Assembly: GCA_029858255.1 (NCBI GenBank)
Contig: JAOUFJ010000002.1
Coordinates: 10,637 to 74,636 of the forward strand
From: a candidate division WOR-3 bacterium
GTDB taxonomy: Bacteria; Hydrothermota; Tepidihabitantia; SM23-42
Direction: 5' to 3'
Length of the DNA: 64,000 nucleotides
Part shown: one piece after another, positions 41,049-50,136 of the stretch
How the letters are laid out: the number at the start of each line of letters is the position of its first letter
Numbering within the stretch: the first letter of the stretch is position 1
Position numbers and translations under genes: made by a program
The notes under the pieces: model-generated
Database searches by the model: none
Told to the model about the DNA's origin: nothing
The model's input: the letters and a program-made list of their open reading frames with translations, nothing else

Positions 41049-41834
41049 ATGTGTATATTTAATGCAATGCAAGCCGTCATAGAACTCAAGGATATCAAAC
41101 GCAGTTTCAAGAACCATTTCTGGCAGAAAAAGAAACAGGTGCTTGAGGGCATTTCACTGCAAATTCGTGAAGGTGAAGTATTCGGTTTTCTTGGACCCAA
41201 CGGCGCAGGCAAAACAACGACCATAAAGATCATCACCGGACTGATCAGACCAGACTCTGGCTGCGTTAGCATATTCGGTATGACACCCCATTCACTATCA
41301 GCAAAACAGCGCATCGGCTTCCTGCCCGAATCTCCGTACTTTTACGAACATCTGACCGGCTATGAATTCCTCAAGATCCACGCGGTTCTGAGCAATCTCG
41401 AGAAGTATAAAGAAAGGACATTTACGCTCCTTGAGCGTGTAGGATTGAAAGACGCGATGCACGTCCAGCTGAGGTCTTATTCAAGAGGCATGCTGCAACG
41501 GATCGGCATAGCCCAGGCAATGATCGGATCACCTGATCTGCTCATTCTTGACGAACCGCTAACCGGGCTTGATCCGATTGGACGCAAGGAGATAAAGGAT
41601 TTGATACTGGAGGAAAAGAGCAAGGGTACAACCATCTTTTTCTCGTCTCATATTCTACCCGACGCTGAAGCGGTCTGCGACCGCATTGGCATAGTCATAC
41701 AGGGTAGGATAAAAGAGATCGGTGATATGTCGACACTACTCAAGAAGGGCCTCCAGGCTGACAAGATCACTCTTGAGGACTGGTTTGTCGATCAGGTAAA
41801 GGCGACGGCTGAGAAAAGAGGAACGACTCGATGA
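41049..41834 (+). CDS. ABC transporter ATP-binding protein (ABC-2 exporter type)
   Basis: Walker A GPNGAGKTT, signature YSRGMLQR, Walker B LLILDEP and an H-loop. The start may be the second ATG at 41067. Confidence 0.8.
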   Translation: MCIFNAMQAVIELKDIKRSFKNHFWQKKKQVLEGISLQIREGEVFGFLGPNGAGKTTTIKIITGLIRPDSGCVSIFGMTPHSLSAKQRIGFLPESPYFYEHLTGYEFLKIHAVLSNLEKYKERTFTLLERVGLKDAMHVQLRSYSRGMLQRIGIAQAMIGSPDLLILDEPLTGLDPIGRKEIKDLILEEKSKGTTIFFSSHILPDAEAVCDRIGIVIQGRIKEIGDMSTLLKKGLQADKITLEDWFVDQVKATAEKRGTTR

Positions 41835-41877
41835 TGAATTTAAGCATAAGTCAATGTTCATCCGCAGCTGAAAGAAA

Positions 41878-42645
41878 ATGCATAGAGTAATAGCGATATT
41901 CGAAAACACTTTCAAGGAAGGCCTACGGCAGAGAATTCTGTCCTTGCTGGGCATTTTTGCTCTATTGCTTATCGTAGTTTCGGTTTTTCTAGAACCTTTC
42001 GCCCTTGGCGAAGCGCCTAAGATAATGCGTGATTTCGGTCTCGCCGTGACTTCACTCTTTGGCGTACTGACTACAATAATCATCGGCTCTGCGCTCATCC
42101 ACCGAGATATAGAAAAACGCACGATCTACACTGTGCTGGCAAAACCGGTACGCAGGGGTGAAGTTGTGCTGGGCAAGTTCCTGGGTCTGGGCGCGCTCAT
42201 TGCCCTGCTCGTACTTGCCATGCTATTGATACATCAATTGATCATTTTCGTCCAAGAAGGTGTATTTGAGCCTTCATTGCTCATTGTTTTTCCGTTTGAA
42301 CTCATCGAGGTTTCGGTGATACTCGGTATCCTTCTGCTATTCTCGTCGTTTTCTTCGAGTACACTGACTTCGATAATGGGTGTGATATTTTTCGTTACAG
42401 GACATGCCATGCCCGACTTGAAGTTGTTCGCGGAAAGTACCAAGGTTGAAGCCCTCAAACACGTCGCTTATGGGTTCTACTACCTTCTGCCCAACCTCAG
42501 CAACTTCAATTTTCGCACCGACCTTGCCTATAACATACCCCTGCCGGCGGATCAGGTTATCTTTTCCGTATGCTACGGCGTGATCTATACAGTATTTCTT
42601 CTCTATGTCACGACATTGATCTTTGAACGCCGTGAATTCAAGTAG
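41878..42645 (+). CDS. ABC-2 family transporter permease
   Basis: 255 aa with 6 predicted TM helices, immediately downstream of the ABC ATPase. Confidence 0.6.
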   Translation: MHRVIAIFENTFKEGLRQRILSLLGIFALLLIVVSVFLEPFALGEAPKIMRDFGLAVTSLFGVLTTIIIGSALIHRDIEKRTIYTVLAKPVRRGEVVLGKFLGLGALIALLVLAMLLIHQLIIFVQEGVFEPSLLIVFPFELIEVSVILGILLLFSSFSSSTLTSIMGVIFFVTGHAMPDLKLFAESTKVEALKHVAYGFYYLLPNLSNFNFRTDLAYNIPLPADQVIFSVCYGVIYTVFLLYVTTLIFERREFK

Positions 42646-42682
42646 TCAACTTTGACTCCTTCCCGATGCACAGGGAAATAGA

Positions 42683-43510
42683 ATGACCAAGAAGATCGCC
42701 ATCGCATGCCTGATTCTGGTCGTGCTCCTCAGTCTTGCTTACCGAATAGACATGAGAAAAACCCCTCATGAGTTGATCGGCGAATTGATGTATTTCCCTT
42801 CAGGCTATGCTTTACGTACGCTGTCGGTCGGATATCATGCTCCGCTCGCCGACATCGTATGGCTGCGATTCATTCAGTACTACGGTGAGCACCGAATGAC
42901 AGACGCGAGGTTTGAACTGATGTACCATATACTCGATATATTGACAACACTCGATCCGAGATTCCTCTATTCGTACACGCTCGGCGCGCTCATGCTCACC
43001 CATGATGCACAGAGACCAGACCAGGCAGAAGCGCTACTAAAAAAGGGCATGTACTCAAACCCTGATGAATGGAGGATCCCTTTTACTTATGGGTTCATCA
43101 ACTATATTTTTCTGAAGGAATACCGGGTGGCTCAGACCTATTTCCGCGTTGCTTCTACAAAACCCGACGCGCCTGATATGGCAAAACGGTGGTATGCGTT
43201 CATTACTTACCTCAAGCTCGGTGACCTAAAGACTTCGCTGGCACTCTGGATGGACCTCTATAATAATACCGAGAATCCCGAGGAAAAGGAGATCGCGGCG
43301 ATCTACATAAAGAAGATTAAGATGCAGATAGACATTGATTTCCTTAATCGTAAAATCGGGGAATATGCTGATGCAATAGGCTATCCGCCTGCCGTGATAA
43401 CTGACCTGGTAACGTCAGGGCTCGTCGAGGCAATACCCGAAGAACCACATGGTGAGAGCTACTATATAAGAGACGGAAAAGCCCGTTCCACATGGGATCG
43501 GGATAATTGA
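42683..43510 (+). CDS. hypothetical protein with an N-terminal signal/anchor and a helical repeat (TPR-like) body
   Basis: 275 aa. No motif recognised. Confidence 0.3.
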   Translation: MTKKIAIACLILVVLLSLAYRIDMRKTPHELIGELMYFPSGYALRTLSVGYHAPLADIVWLRFIQYYGEHRMTDARFELMYHILDILTTLDPRFLYSYTLGALMLTHDAQRPDQAEALLKKGMYSNPDEWRIPFTYGFINYIFLKEYRVAQTYFRVASTKPDAPDMAKRWYAFITYLKLGDLKTSLALWMDLYNNTENPEEKEIAAIYIKKIKMQIDIDFLNRKIGEYADAIGYPPAVITDLVTSGLVEAIPEEPHGESYYIRDGKARSTWDRDN

Positions 43511-43538
43511 AAAACCGGAGCTATTCTAAGACTTCTGG

Positions 43539-43979
43539 CTAGGTCTTGCTTTTCTGACCGAAATTCTCCCTGATACCTTCTACCATCTGATTGAAGCTGT
43601 CAGCAACGTCATGAATTGCATCACCTTTGCGAAATCTCAGGGTCACTGTATAGTCACCGTTCTGTACCTTTTCCATGAACATCTTCAGACGGTATAGCGG
43701 ACCGGCAATCCGATGCGATACGAATATGCACACAACCGCAAGAAAGAGAAAAGCGACGGGCAGGATTATGAGCAGTGGTCTCGTGGATGCGACTATCAGT
43801 TCACTGCCGGTTGGTGCCCGTCCATAATTTTCTATGAAATCAACGATCGAAGAAAGGAAGAAATAGTGGTTTATCAGCGTAATAAGCAGTGTTATGACAA
43901 AGACAAGAAAAAGCATCAAACCCAGCATCCTGAATTGAAATTTCTTGTGCACGATATAGTTTCTTCTCTGTAATTTCAT
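43539..43979 (-). CDS. small membrane protein consisting only of two TM helices and a HAMP domain
   Basis: ATG 43979 with an AAGGAA RBS. It has two hydrophobic helices followed by RIAGPLYRLKMFMEKVQNGDYTVTLRFRKGDAIHDVADSFNQMVEGI (HAMP). There is no kinase or output domain. Confidence 0.5.
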   Translation of the reverse strand: MKLQRRNYIVHKKFQFRMLGLMLFLVFVITLLITLINHYFFLSSIVDFIENYGRAPTGSELIVASTRPLLIILPVAFLFLAVVCIFVSHRIAGPLYRLKMFMEKVQNGDYTVTLRFRKGDAIHDVADSFNQMVEGIRENFGQKSKT

Positions 43980-43992
43980 GGTTCCTTTCGGG

Positions 43993-44532
43993 TTATGGAA
44001 GAACCAACAAAAGCGGGGCTTTCGCACCAAAGGCAGTTAGAATATATGAAAAGGCTGCTGAGCCATTGCTGCTTGGCGTAGTGTTGTCAGCCTGGTATGC
44101 TGAATAGTAGACACAACCTTGTGGTCCGCCAGGGGGCCCGGGTGGAACAGGTGGAGCAGCAACCAAAAGATTCTCGATTACCGTGAAAGTTATGTTAAAA
44201 GGATTCTTGAAACCTGGATGCGGTTTTAGCAATGCATCTGGAGGAAATGGCGGCAAACGTACCCCTCCTGCAAGGGACATGTTACCGACAACTCCAGGAA
44301 GAATAGACGGATTTGCCTCACTCACCTTTGTATCTAAATCACCAGGGTAGACCCCGCCAGCCAGGGTATTGAATTCTTCGACGGCCGCGTGCGCCGAATG
44401 CATGTTCGCCTTCACGCTTGCTTCATAAGCCCGGTTTCTCAAACCGACATAATTTGGGATTGCGATCGCCGCCAGAATCGCGATGACAACGACGACGACC
44501 ATGAGTTCGATCAAAGTAAAGCCTCTATGCAT
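43993..44532 (-). CDS. type IV pilin-like protein (prepilin-type N-terminal cleavage/methylation domain), copy 1
   Basis: Start ATG 44532 with a GGAGAGGG RBS. The MHRG|FTLIELMVVVVVIAILAAIAIPNY class III signal has a 4-residue leader with G-1/F+1/E+5. The track's 5' extension is not supported. Confidence 0.7.
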   Translation of the reverse strand: MHRGFTLIELMVVVVVIAILAAIAIPNYVGLRNRAYEASVKANMHSAHAAVEEFNTLAGGVYPGDLDTKVSEANPSILPGVVGNMSLAGGVRLPPFPPDALLKPHPGFKNPFNITFTVIENLLVAAPPVPPGPPGGPQGCVYYSAYQADNTTPSSNGSAAFSYILTAFGAKAPLLLVLP

Positions 44533-44549
44533 GCACCCTCTCCGTCTTC

Positions 44550-44587
44550 GATAAAAAATATTGGGGGGCAATTCGCTTGCCCCCCAA
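44550..44587 (-). terminator. rho-independent terminator between the two pilin genes
   Basis: Perfect 11-bp inverted repeat TTGGGGGGCAA-ttcgc-TTGCCCCCCAA (44561-44587), followed on the minus strand by a U6 tract (plus A6 at 44553-44558). Confidence 0.55.
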
Positions 44588-44617
44588 TACCCATTGTTCA
44601 TGCGATTTTTCACGCGA

Positions 44618-45136
44618 TTATTGACCAGATTGTAGCGTAAGAGCCATGACCGCATCAACACCATTACCAGTGATGATATATCGGACTGCCGTCCCTGCCG
44701 GTGCGGGCGTTGTGGCACTCGCGTCAAATGACTCATAGAACACCACACCTGCATCAGCTGCCGCAGCATACGCTGCCGGTCCTATGTCACCCTCACGGTT
44801 AGCAGTCGCAACCGGATTCTTGAAGCTTGTCGGCAACAAAACATTGGCCGGCGCCGGTGGCCAGTTCCAAGTAGCTGCTCCAGCTATGCTACGAAGATCT
44901 GCAACGACACCGGTGATAGTTCCAACCCCTTCTGCACAATCAGCTGCATAGATTCCTTCAGTCAGCGTCGAGAAGTCCTCAGCAGCAAGCTGCAGAGTAT
45001 GCATGTTGTTCTTTACCGATGCTTCCTTGGCACGCTTCTGCATGCTGATGAAGTTCGGTATTGCGATCGCCGCCAAGATACCAATGATAACGACAACCAC
45101 CATGAGCTCGATCAGGGTAAATCCTTTATTCTTCAT
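44618..45136 (-). CDS. type IV pilin-like protein, copy 2, the probable major subunit
   Basis: Start ATG 45136 with a GGAGG RBS. The MKNKG|FTLIELMVVVVIIGILAAIAIPNF prepilin signal is followed by a Thr/Ala/Pro-rich C-terminal region. A sigma-54 promoter lies upstream and a strong terminator downstream. Confidence 0.75.
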   Translation of the reverse strand: MKNKGFTLIELMVVVVIIGILAAIAIPNFISMQKRAKEASVKNNMHTLQLAAEDFSTLTEGIYAADCAEGVGTITGVVADLRSIAGAATWNWPPAPANVLLPTSFKNPVATANREGDIGPAAYAAAADAGVVFYESFDASATTPAPAGTAVRYIITGNGVDAVMALTLQSGQ

Positions 45137-45354
45137 TTTTTGCCTCCTCAGCAAAGAATGGTACTAGTAGAGTGGAATAATGTGCCCCCGAATATTGAAA
45201 GGTCGATAACAAAACCCGGTTTACTTAACCAAGAGGCTTTAGGACACAGACAGCACGAGTATTAAGGCTTACGCCTCATTCCATCACCAGAAAGCCACAC
45301 CCATCTTATTGGAGAAACTGATAGATTTTTAAAGACCAATTTACCTTATTATAT

Positions 45355-45370
45355 AGCAATATCTGTGCCA
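45355..45370 (-). promoter_or_regulatory. sigma-54 (-24/-12) promoter driving pilin copy 2
   Basis: The minus strand reads TGGCAC-AGATA-TTGCT, a perfect match to TGGCAC-N5-TTGCW. It sits ~220 nt upstream of the pilin ATG and 140 nt downstream of the PilR-like gene. An inverted repeat AACAAT-N13-ATTGTT (45428-45452) ~60-100 bp upstream is a candidate enhancer. Confidence 0.6.
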
Positions 45371-45510
45371 CGTCTATATGAAAGAAACCCATGAAATCGC
45401 GGGGCAAAAAAATTACTGTACTGTCTCAACAATAGCAATGTGTCTCATTGTTAAACACTTAAGTCTCGGAAATAATATACCTCTGAAATCCATCGATCTG
45501 CACTGAGGCG

Positions 45511-46785
45511 TTATTTCTTCCTCTTTTTGGTATTCTTGAATCTACGGTACAGGGTCGCACGGGACACCCCCAGTATCCTTGCTGCCTCGCTCATATTGCC
45601 GTTACATTCCTTCACTACCCGTGTGATCTCCTCGGACTGGATTTGATTCAGGCTCTTCCCTCTAGGCCGCGGCAGGCCGAGATGCTGGGGTTCTAAGTAG
45701 TGAGAATCGCTCAAAATTGCGGCTCTTTCAATCACGTGGCGCAATTCTCTCACGTTGCCAGGCCAATTGTAGTTGTTCAGTATTTTTAGTGAATCTACCC
45801 GTAACACACGTTCACCGATGTTTTCACGCGTACATATCTCCTTAAGAAAGTGTCGGGCGAGTAACGGTATGTCGTCGTGGCGTTCTCTTAAGGGCGGCAG
45901 CACGAGCGGGATTACATTCAAACGATAGTATAAATCTTCTCTGAAACTGCCCTTTCTCAATTCCTCGCTGAGATTTTTGTTAGTAGCAGCTATGAGCCTA
46001 ACATCGACCTTGATTGGTTTTGTCGCACCCAGCGGAACAATTTCCCGTTCCTCCAGCAGCCTGAGTATCTTGACTTGAATTGTCGGCGAAGCATCACCGA
46101 TCTCATCGAGAAAGAAAGTTCCCTTGTCTGCCGTCCTGAAAAGTCCTTCCTTGTCGGTCGTAGCACCTGTGAATGCGCCACGTTTATAGCCAAAAAGCTC
46201 ACTCTCGAGCAAGGTATCAGGCATTGCCGCGCATGAAACAGTAACGAAATTGGACTTCGCGCGCTTTGAACGGTTGTGTATTTCGCGGGCGAACAACTCT
46301 TTGCCCGTACCCGATTCACCGAGCAACAAGACCGTGGTATCGGTTGCCGCGATCTTATCGAGCATTGCCAGGGTGCTACGCATCTGTTTGCTCGTCCCGA
46401 TTATCTTTGTCGGCCCTTTCAGATACCCGCTCAGATTTGCCCTGATTCGAACTGCCAGCTCGTCTATGGAAAAGGGTTTTAATATGTAATCACTTGCCCG
46501 GTCACGCAAGGCGTTGATTGCCGAATCCATTGAACCATATGCCGTGATGAATATGAATGGCACGTCAGGATGTATACCCCGCACCTTTCTCAGGAATTCA
46601 AACCCGTCGATCTCCGGCATCTTTATGTCGCTGATGATCAAATCGTAATGCTGGTTCTTTACCTCGGCCATTGCATCTTTTGGATCAGTCGTCGCGAATA
46701 CCTGATAGCCCTTCTGCTCGAGAGCGTATCCCAGCCATTTGATAAGACTGGCCTCATCATCAAGCAGGAGAATCTTATTTTTCAT
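45511..46785 (-). CDS. sigma-54-dependent two-component response regulator (NtrC/PilR family enhancer-binding protein)
   Basis: 424 aa with a receiver domain (LLLDDE...DLIISDIKMP), a sigma-54 activation AAA+ domain (GESGTGKE, GAFTGA, GNVREL) and a C-terminal Fis-type HTH. Confidence 0.85.
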   Translation of the reverse strand: MKNKILLLDDEASLIKWLGYALEQKGYQVFATTDPKDAMAEVKNQHYDLIISDIKMPEIDGFEFLRKVRGIHPDVPFIFITAYGSMDSAINALRDRASDYILKPFSIDELAVRIRANLSGYLKGPTKIIGTSKQMRSTLAMLDKIAATDTTVLLLGESGTGKELFAREIHNRSKRAKSNFVTVSCAAMPDTLLESELFGYKRGAFTGATTDKEGLFRTADKGTFFLDEIGDASPTIQVKILRLLEEREIVPLGATKPIKVDVRLIAATNKNLSEELRKGSFREDLYYRLNVIPLVLPPLRERHDDIPLLARHFLKEICTRENIGERVLRVDSLKILNNYNWPGNVRELRHVIERAAILSDSHYLEPQHLGLPRPRGKSLNQIQSEEITRVVKECNGNMSEAARILGVSRATLYRRFKNTKKRKK

Positions 46786-46839
46786 GGATTATCCACGTCC
46801 GTGTGTAGCAGTTTACAAGCAATGACGGAAGAGTCAATC

Positions 46840-47775
46840 CTATTTTCTTCTGAGTGCGAACAATTCATTCAGCACAAAAGTCAATTGCGGTTTTATCAAC
46901 AACTCCCTTAATCCATCTCTACTTCTCATTGCGAAATCCATCAATATACTCACGCTTCCTATATTACGCAGGGGTACGCCGAACTCAAGCGCCACTCCGT
47001 GTTCAGTAACATCATTAAAGTACCAGGGATTGAAGTAATACATCAGACCAATATTACCACGATTCATAAATATCTTCAACCGGTTCGGCGAGTCAAACGT
47101 AGTATCACTCCAGAAAGAGTGTTCATAGATGATGCCAAGCGGCCATCCTGCAATTTTTGGATATATCCCGACCGAAAGTCGCTCGGGAAGATCAATCATC
47201 GTCGTCTCCTCAGGCAGGTATACCATTCGCACCCGGCCAAAGGACTCATAAGCGACAGAGAACAAGTCATGCTTTAGCCCAAAAGAAAATATCCTTCCCC
47301 GGTACCTGTAGGAGAATGTATCGACGAGACTGTACGAGCCGATGCTGTGGGTCCATATTTCCCAGGCGTTACCGAAGAGAAAGGATCCGGTTGTCGCAAG
47401 TTCGAAGGCTCCCAATCGTTTGCTCAATCCAGCGTACACTTCCTCTACACCCCCTTCTCCAAGGGCATGTATTTGTAGAGAACTATCCTCGAGGTAAACG
47501 TCAAAGCATTGATTGAAACGCTCGCGGTTGCCGACCATTACGCCGAACCCGTGTGTCAACGGCACGGCAAGGGACAATTTTATTGGATTCGTCCAGAATA
47601 CCCCGCGGAGATCTCCCGATTCATTCAATAGCATGTATTCGGGACTTACGGTAAAACCGAGCCGGGCCAGATGGCTTCCTTGCATGAATGGATCGTTAAA
47701 GATACCGAGGTCTTCTCCGATACCACCTATTGAGAAAATCGAGGCGTTAATCAGAAAAGCGATGATGATACTCAT
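46840..47775 (-). CDS. hypothetical outer-membrane beta-barrel protein, paralog family D
   Basis: 311 aa with a signal peptide, an FNDPF motif near the N-terminus and a Y/F/G-rich amphipathic pattern. Confidence 0.3.
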   Translation of the reverse strand: MSIIIAFLINASIFSIGGIGEDLGIFNDPFMQGSHLARLGFTVSPEYMLLNESGDLRGVFWTNPIKLSLAVPLTHGFGVMVGNRERFNQCFDVYLEDSSLQIHALGEGGVEEVYAGLSKRLGAFELATTGSFLFGNAWEIWTHSIGSYSLVDTFSYRYRGRIFSFGLKHDLFSVAYESFGRVRMVYLPEETTMIDLPERLSVGIYPKIAGWPLGIIYEHSFWSDTTFDSPNRLKIFMNRGNIGLMYYFNPWYFNDVTEHGVALEFGVPLRNIGSVSILMDFAMRSRDGLRELLIKPQLTFVLNELFALRRK

Positions 47776-47788
47776 TACGCTCTGTTGA

Positions 47789-48886
47789 CTAATATCGGGG
47801 ATCGGGCGGCTCGATATACCCGATGTTCAGACGATGCGAACCCCGTACTATCTTAACCCGTGAAATGTCATAGCTCTCTGGTGTGATACCGATAAAGAAA
47901 CCGTAGTTAGAGTCAGGATGCTCGATCAGGTGTTCAGCGTGTTTTGCGATATCTATCGTCACCATCGTATCACCGACTCCAATCCTCTTCAGAGCAATGA
48001 GAGGACCGGTCGGCGTATCGAATGTTGAAAAGGGTTCAAGCAATTGGCGTACTCCGATCTCGATCGTATCGCGGTGGCTGAAATATTCAGCGCACCTGAA
48101 TGAAAGTTCAGCATAGACGGCCATCGTGCTATCGAGCAGCGTATCGTAATTGAACTTCACAAAATCACGATATACCCATCCCGAACCGATCCAGTCATCA
48201 AACAAAGTCGGTTCTGGTCCGTTTATGATATGACAATCAACTTCGACGAATGCCGGTATCATAACGTCATTCTTCTCGAGTATTATCCTGGCCGGGTTCT
48301 CCCCTTCACGTGAGGAGATATAGCAGAAACCAGTATCACGCGGTACGATCATTATTCCCTTGGCCGCCTGTATCTGCTCCAACTCAATATAATTGAAGTA
48401 GAGAATAACAGAATCGCCCTGTGCGATTCCGTACCGGATCGAATCGCTGTTGAAATCACCGCCCGGCGTCGTCCAGGGTACATCCAAATTTCTCCTCGTC
48501 CAGTCAGCTTCGTACTCACTGAATTCAACGTCCATCAAGTGCAGGCTGAAAGGAACCGTATCATTATTGAATGAATTCCTTATGTTGAGAATCATTCTTA
48601 TCTCATCGAGCCCCAGATAAGTAGAATCCGGGAAGTCAAAAACGAGCATGGCACGGGATTCGTATTCCGCGTTCTTGCCAAACACCAGGTTAACCGCGCT
48701 GCCGGTATTAATATTCTTGTATTCGGTGAACGTTGAGAACAGATTGAGTTCAAGAAATTGAGGGGTGAATTCCCCTCGTTGACGTAGTTCGTCTTCTCCA
48801 ACTGGCAGCTCATTGCACGCCAGGAAAATCAGCGATATAATCAGAATGCACTGTTTCATTAAGCTAATCATAATCATATTTTTCAA
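47789..48886 (-). CDS. hypothetical lipoprotein
   Basis: 365 aa with a signal peptide and an LIFLAC lipobox. Confidence 0.35.
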   Translation of the reverse strand: MKNMIMISLMKQCILIISLIFLACNELPVGEDELRQRGEFTPQFLELNLFSTFTEYKNINTGSAVNLVFGKNAEYESRAMLVFDFPDSTYLGLDEIRMILNIRNSFNNDTVPFSLHLMDVEFSEYEADWTRRNLDVPWTTPGGDFNSDSIRYGIAQGDSVILYFNYIELEQIQAAKGIMIVPRDTGFCYISSREGENPARIILEKNDVMIPAFVEVDCHIINGPEPTLFDDWIGSGWVYRDFVKFNYDTLLDSTMAVYAELSFRCAEYFSHRDTIEIGVRQLLEPFSTFDTPTGPLIALKRIGVGDTMVTIDIAKHAEHLIEHPDSNYGFFIGITPESYDISRVKIVRGSHRLNIGYIEPPDPRY

Positions 48887-49167
48887 TAAGTCAAGTTAGA
48901 AATAGATATCTTGCTCGTCGTAGCAGGACTCACATCGCGATCTTCTCGTGAGGGTCGTGCAGAATGGATGTGCACATGAAAGTTCATTTCTTCTCTGACC
49001 ATTCACCGAATGTGAAGATGCTGCTCCGACCGGGGCTACTCATGCTCAGACACGAGCATTGGGCTCCATGAACCGCAGTGAGTCCGCGAGTCGTCATAGG
49101 GCATGTATTCGTAAGGCTATTTTTAAGGATGCACTTGACAGACTAACATATTTGATTATATTTAGTT

Positions 49168-50121
49168 GTGGCGACCGCAAAAATGCCCATATTACAAGAG
49201 AAATTGAGCACAATCATCCTAGCTGCAGGTGTCGGCAAGCGCATGAAATCGAAAACTCCAAAAATACTACACCGGATATTGGGCAGACCCATAATTTCAT
49301 TCGTTTTAGAGCTGGCACGCGGCATCGGCAGCGCGCAGACTATCCTGGTTGTCAGTGACTGCTCCGGTGATTTCTTCGAATCGCTTGGCGGCAGTGTCTG
49401 CTATGCTATCCAAGAAGAGCCGCTCGGCACAGGTGACGCCGCGGCCAAAGGGCTCGAGAAGACGGAGCATGACAATGTACTCATACTGTGCGGTGATGTA
49501 CCCTTGCTCCAAAAGAGAACAATCCTCGATCTGATAGAATACCACAATAATCAAAATGCGTGTGTGACGGTTCTTACCTGTCAAATAAAAGATCCCTTCG
49601 GATATGGCAGGATAATCCGCGATCAGGATGGTCATGTTAAGGAAATCATCGAACAGACCGACGCCAACCCTGAACAGCAAAGGATCAATGAAATAAATGC
49701 CGGTGTCTACTACGGCAAGACGAAGCCGATCATGTCCGCCCTCAATGAAGTCACGACCGATAACAAGCAAGGAGAGTACTACCTGACCGATGCGATTCAT
49801 AGTATGGTAAAAACGGGGAAATCAGTATCCGGCTATATGATAGATCGCGAAGAGGAAATAACTGGCATAAACACACAGGAACAACTCGCGCGGGTCCGCG
49901 CACTGGTGAAGAGTAGATGGTTCGACCTTTTGATGAGACGCGGTGTTTGCATCGAAGACCCAGTGACAACGAACATCGACCTGTCCGTCAAGATCGGTGA
50001 CGGGGTTCAAATAAGGCCATACAGCTTGATCGAAGGCAACACAACGATCAGCGATGGTGATACCATCGGACCCTTTGTCTGGATAAAAGACGGCAAGGTG
50101 GTCTGCTCTACAAATGTATAG
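49168..50121 (+). CDS. sugar-1-phosphate nucleotidyltransferase resembling the GlmU N-terminal uridyltransferase domain plus a short left-handed beta-helix; it lacks the full acetyltransferase domain
   Basis: 317 aa. The LAAGVGKRMKSKTPKILH motif and a C-terminal hexapeptide-repeat segment are present. A GTG start comes from the track; ATG 49183 is an alternative. Confidence 0.55.
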   Translation: MATAKMPILQEKLSTIILAAGVGKRMKSKTPKILHRILGRPIISFVLELARGIGSAQTILVVSDCSGDFFESLGGSVCYAIQEEPLGTGDAAAKGLEKTEHDNVLILCGDVPLLQKRTILDLIEYHNNQNACVTVLTCQIKDPFGYGRIIRDQDGHVKEIIEQTDANPEQQRINEINAGVYYGKTKPIMSALNEVTTDNKQGEYYLTDAIHSMVKTGKSVSGYMIDREEEITGINTQEQLARVRALVKSRWFDLLMRRGVCIEDPVTTNIDLSVKIGDGVQIRPYSLIEGNTTISDGDTIGPFVWIKDGKVVCSTNV

Positions 50122-50136
50122 CATGAACACGTAGAT

